A stretch of 63,208 nt of DNA, the filler included, from Octopus bimaculoides (taxonomy: Eukaryota), in the NCBI RefSeq assembly GCF_001194135.2. It is 4 parts of 3 records of this genome, joined end to end, with 100 filler letters (N's around TTAATTAATTAA, not from the genome) between each part and the next. Parts side by side here need not be neighbours in the genome. Positions count along the whole stretch, not along the records: positions 58,994 to 63,208 come from NC_068990.1; 3 more parts are not named here. One strand, written 5' to 3'. The notes beneath the pieces were generated by a model. The model ran no database searches. It was not told the origin of the DNA and saw nothing but the letters and a program-made list of their open reading frames with translations. A program made the translations under genes and the position numbers. Positions 60,885 through 63,208 of the stretch are shown one piece after another. How positions within the stretch are numbered: position 1 is the stretch's first letter; every line of letters starts with the position of its first letter.

Positions 60885-60957
<73 letters not shown>
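60885..60957. repeat. (GATA)n microsatellite
   Basis: Direct tandem repeat. Confidence 0.97.
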
Positions 60958-61671
60958 TGTGTGTGTGTGCGTGCGTGCTCATAGTATTCATTTTGTCATT
61001 TACAAACAGGGATCACCAAACTTTTTCGAACATCGCCCCCCCTGCCTTTTAGCTAATTCTCCTTCCGCATCGACCGCACTCCTCTTTTAAAATATCTTAA
61101 TACCCTACCTTACCATATCTTAAATGCGTACCGGGTATTGATGCTGGCAATTAAAATGTTAGCTAAAATATACATGTACGATAAATTAAGAAATTCTATT
61201 GAAGATGACACACACATTTAAAACTACGCGTACGAGTATACAGNNNNNNNNNNNNNNNNNNNNNNNNNNNNNNNNNNNNNNNNNNNNNNNNNNNNNNNNN
61301 NNNNNNNNNNNNNNNNNNNNNNNNNNNNNNNNNNNNNNNNNNNNNNNNNNNNNNNNNNNNNNNNNNNNNTTTTCACGGTTTGAAAATGTGAAAAACGCAT
61401 CATATTGCTGGAATATCTTTTATTGAAATTGACAAAATCAATGTGAGGGATGAGCATGGCGCTGACTGAATATTTCAATTAGTTCATCTGGGTGAGCTGG
61501 TCTTTCGCACACCGACCTCCACTCGACCGCTTGGCTATCATTCCTTGTCGACCCTAGGGAGGTCTCTCGGAGCACCTATTGCCTCGCCTGGTCTAAACCT
61601 TAATTCGACACAAGGGTCATAATGTGCCTCATTCAAACTTTCTATCACTACCTCTTTCTTTCACTCACTAA

Positions 61672-61717
<46 letters not shown>

Positions 61718-63073
61718 TTTACTATCCATTTACTTGTCCGTTGACTCTCTCTTTCGCCACCTTTACTCACGCACACAACCATATACGCACGAACTCACAT
61801 GCACACACGCACATACAAACATACGCACACACACACGCACACGCGCACGCACACACACACACGCACACAAGTATATTTATCAATGTTAGTACTTTTGTAT
61901 AGTAATGCGTAAAAAAAGTGAAAGGTTGAATCGGAGAATATCCCTTTTTCAGTTGAGTAAAATATTTATTCTATTTCTACAAAGAATTATTTGGCAATTA
62001 CTTCAAAGTTTGGACAATGTGGCCATTTCAGGGCTTTCGATGAAGACTTCTGTGACAAAACGTCGAAGGAGCGACAGTCCTTTAACTTGAGAAATTATGC
62101 GAGCGCATGTGTGTTTGTATTTGTGTACATATATGTATGGGTTTATGTAAATGTGTATGTATATATATATATATATGAAGTGAAGGAAGAGTGAAATAGA
62201 TATACTGATACATACCTGTACCTATAAACATATATATATATATATATTGATGTTGATATTGAAATGTAACATGAATATGCGGATATTTAAATAACAATAT
62301 AAATTTCAATATGCATATATATGCATACACTCACGCCCACATATACACAACGGGTGTGTATACCAATGTATGCCTGTGTATATATGAGTAGATGTAAGTG
62401 TTGTTCAAAGACGGGTTGTTTAGAAAAAATACTATAGCGAGAAAAAATTCTTTGTGCATGTTTGTAGATACTCACACGTCACTTTTACGATTCTGAAAGC
62501 ATCAAACAAATGTTTGCATCCTTGCAGACTTATAATCAATGATGGTATTTTTGGAAATTATACTATAAAATCGAAATAGAGTGTTAAGACATGTGTGGTT
62601 AAAAAAAATCACATCGTAAACAAGTGTTTGCAGGTTCACTCCCACCGTCTGATACCTAAGAATAAATGTTTCATACAAAAGTGTCAGTTTATAAAATACT
62701 TTGTGAATATTTCCCGGTTGACAGAACTATCGCCAAAGTCGGCGTATAACGATACACAAACATGGCGTTTTTGTTCGAACGTTCGTGTAAAATAGCCGTA
62801 TGACAAATAGAAGGCGATAAACAGAGTACGAAAATGAAATAAGTAGTGGGTTTATGTGATGGAAAAAACCCTCGAAGGTTCAAGTTCAATGACAGAACCA
62901 CTGAAAGAGTGCAAGTCTTTATATATATACGGAGACATAAACATACAAACATTTTACACGCACACAGACACGCACACACACACACACACGCACGCGGTGA
63001 CTATATAAGTTTGTATGTATGTATATTATATATATATGCACACATACATGTATATGCACAAATATTTTACATA

Positions 63074-63184
63074 CAGGGTATCCAGAAAGTTTCGCCCGAT
63101 TTTTATTGTATTATGCACTGTATTGTATTATCGTATTATATAGCTTTCAAAACAAGAATCGGGAGAAACCTTTTGAACCCCCTA
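63074..63184. mobile_element. Very short Tc1/mariner-type MITE
   Basis: CAGGGTATCCAGAAAGTTTCGCCCGATT versus the reverse complement of the right end, TAGGGGGTTCAAAAGGTTTCTCCCGATT (23/31 over the TIR). Confidence 0.55.
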
Positions 63185-63208
63185 AATATATATATATATA
63201 TATATATA

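Noticed and set aside
62031-62070. TCGATGA..AAAACGTC hammerhead-like motif
   Set aside because: The core is incomplete, G12 is missing and helix II is not formed.

Overview
Eukaryotic, AT-rich, microsatellite-dense draft scaffold with many N gaps. The tandem C2H2 zinc-finger genes, SINE families and RTE/mariner content fit an Octopus genome best (inference). Protein-coding content: two divergently oriented C2H2-ZNF genes, each with its CDS in one open frame (38383-39132 minus, 7 fingers; 45941-47086 plus, 12 fingers), and an intact bacterial-type M4 metalloprotease (vibriolysin/LasB-like: FTP-PepSY-M4-PPC; 48752-50598 minus). The protease ORF begins at a phase-1 splice acceptor, which makes it a candidate domesticated horizontal transfer. 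The rest is transposon debris: one full-length but disrupted mariner, internally deleted mariners, a maT-like element, hAT/piggyBac/Tc1 MITEs, RTE 3' ends, Dong/R4-like fragments in TAA repeats and several tRNA-derived SINE families. The main unexplained signal is a set of four unrelated short repeat families, all next to (TA)n tracts, that each fold as a minimal type I hammerhead ribozyme with a palindromic or near-palindromic helix III and a non-canonical core (G3-C8 swap, U4C, A6U). One lies inside a 198-bp near-perfect inverted repeat and one lies in sense orientation just downstream of the M4 gene. All alignments, folds and family assignments were done by eye; no searches were run.
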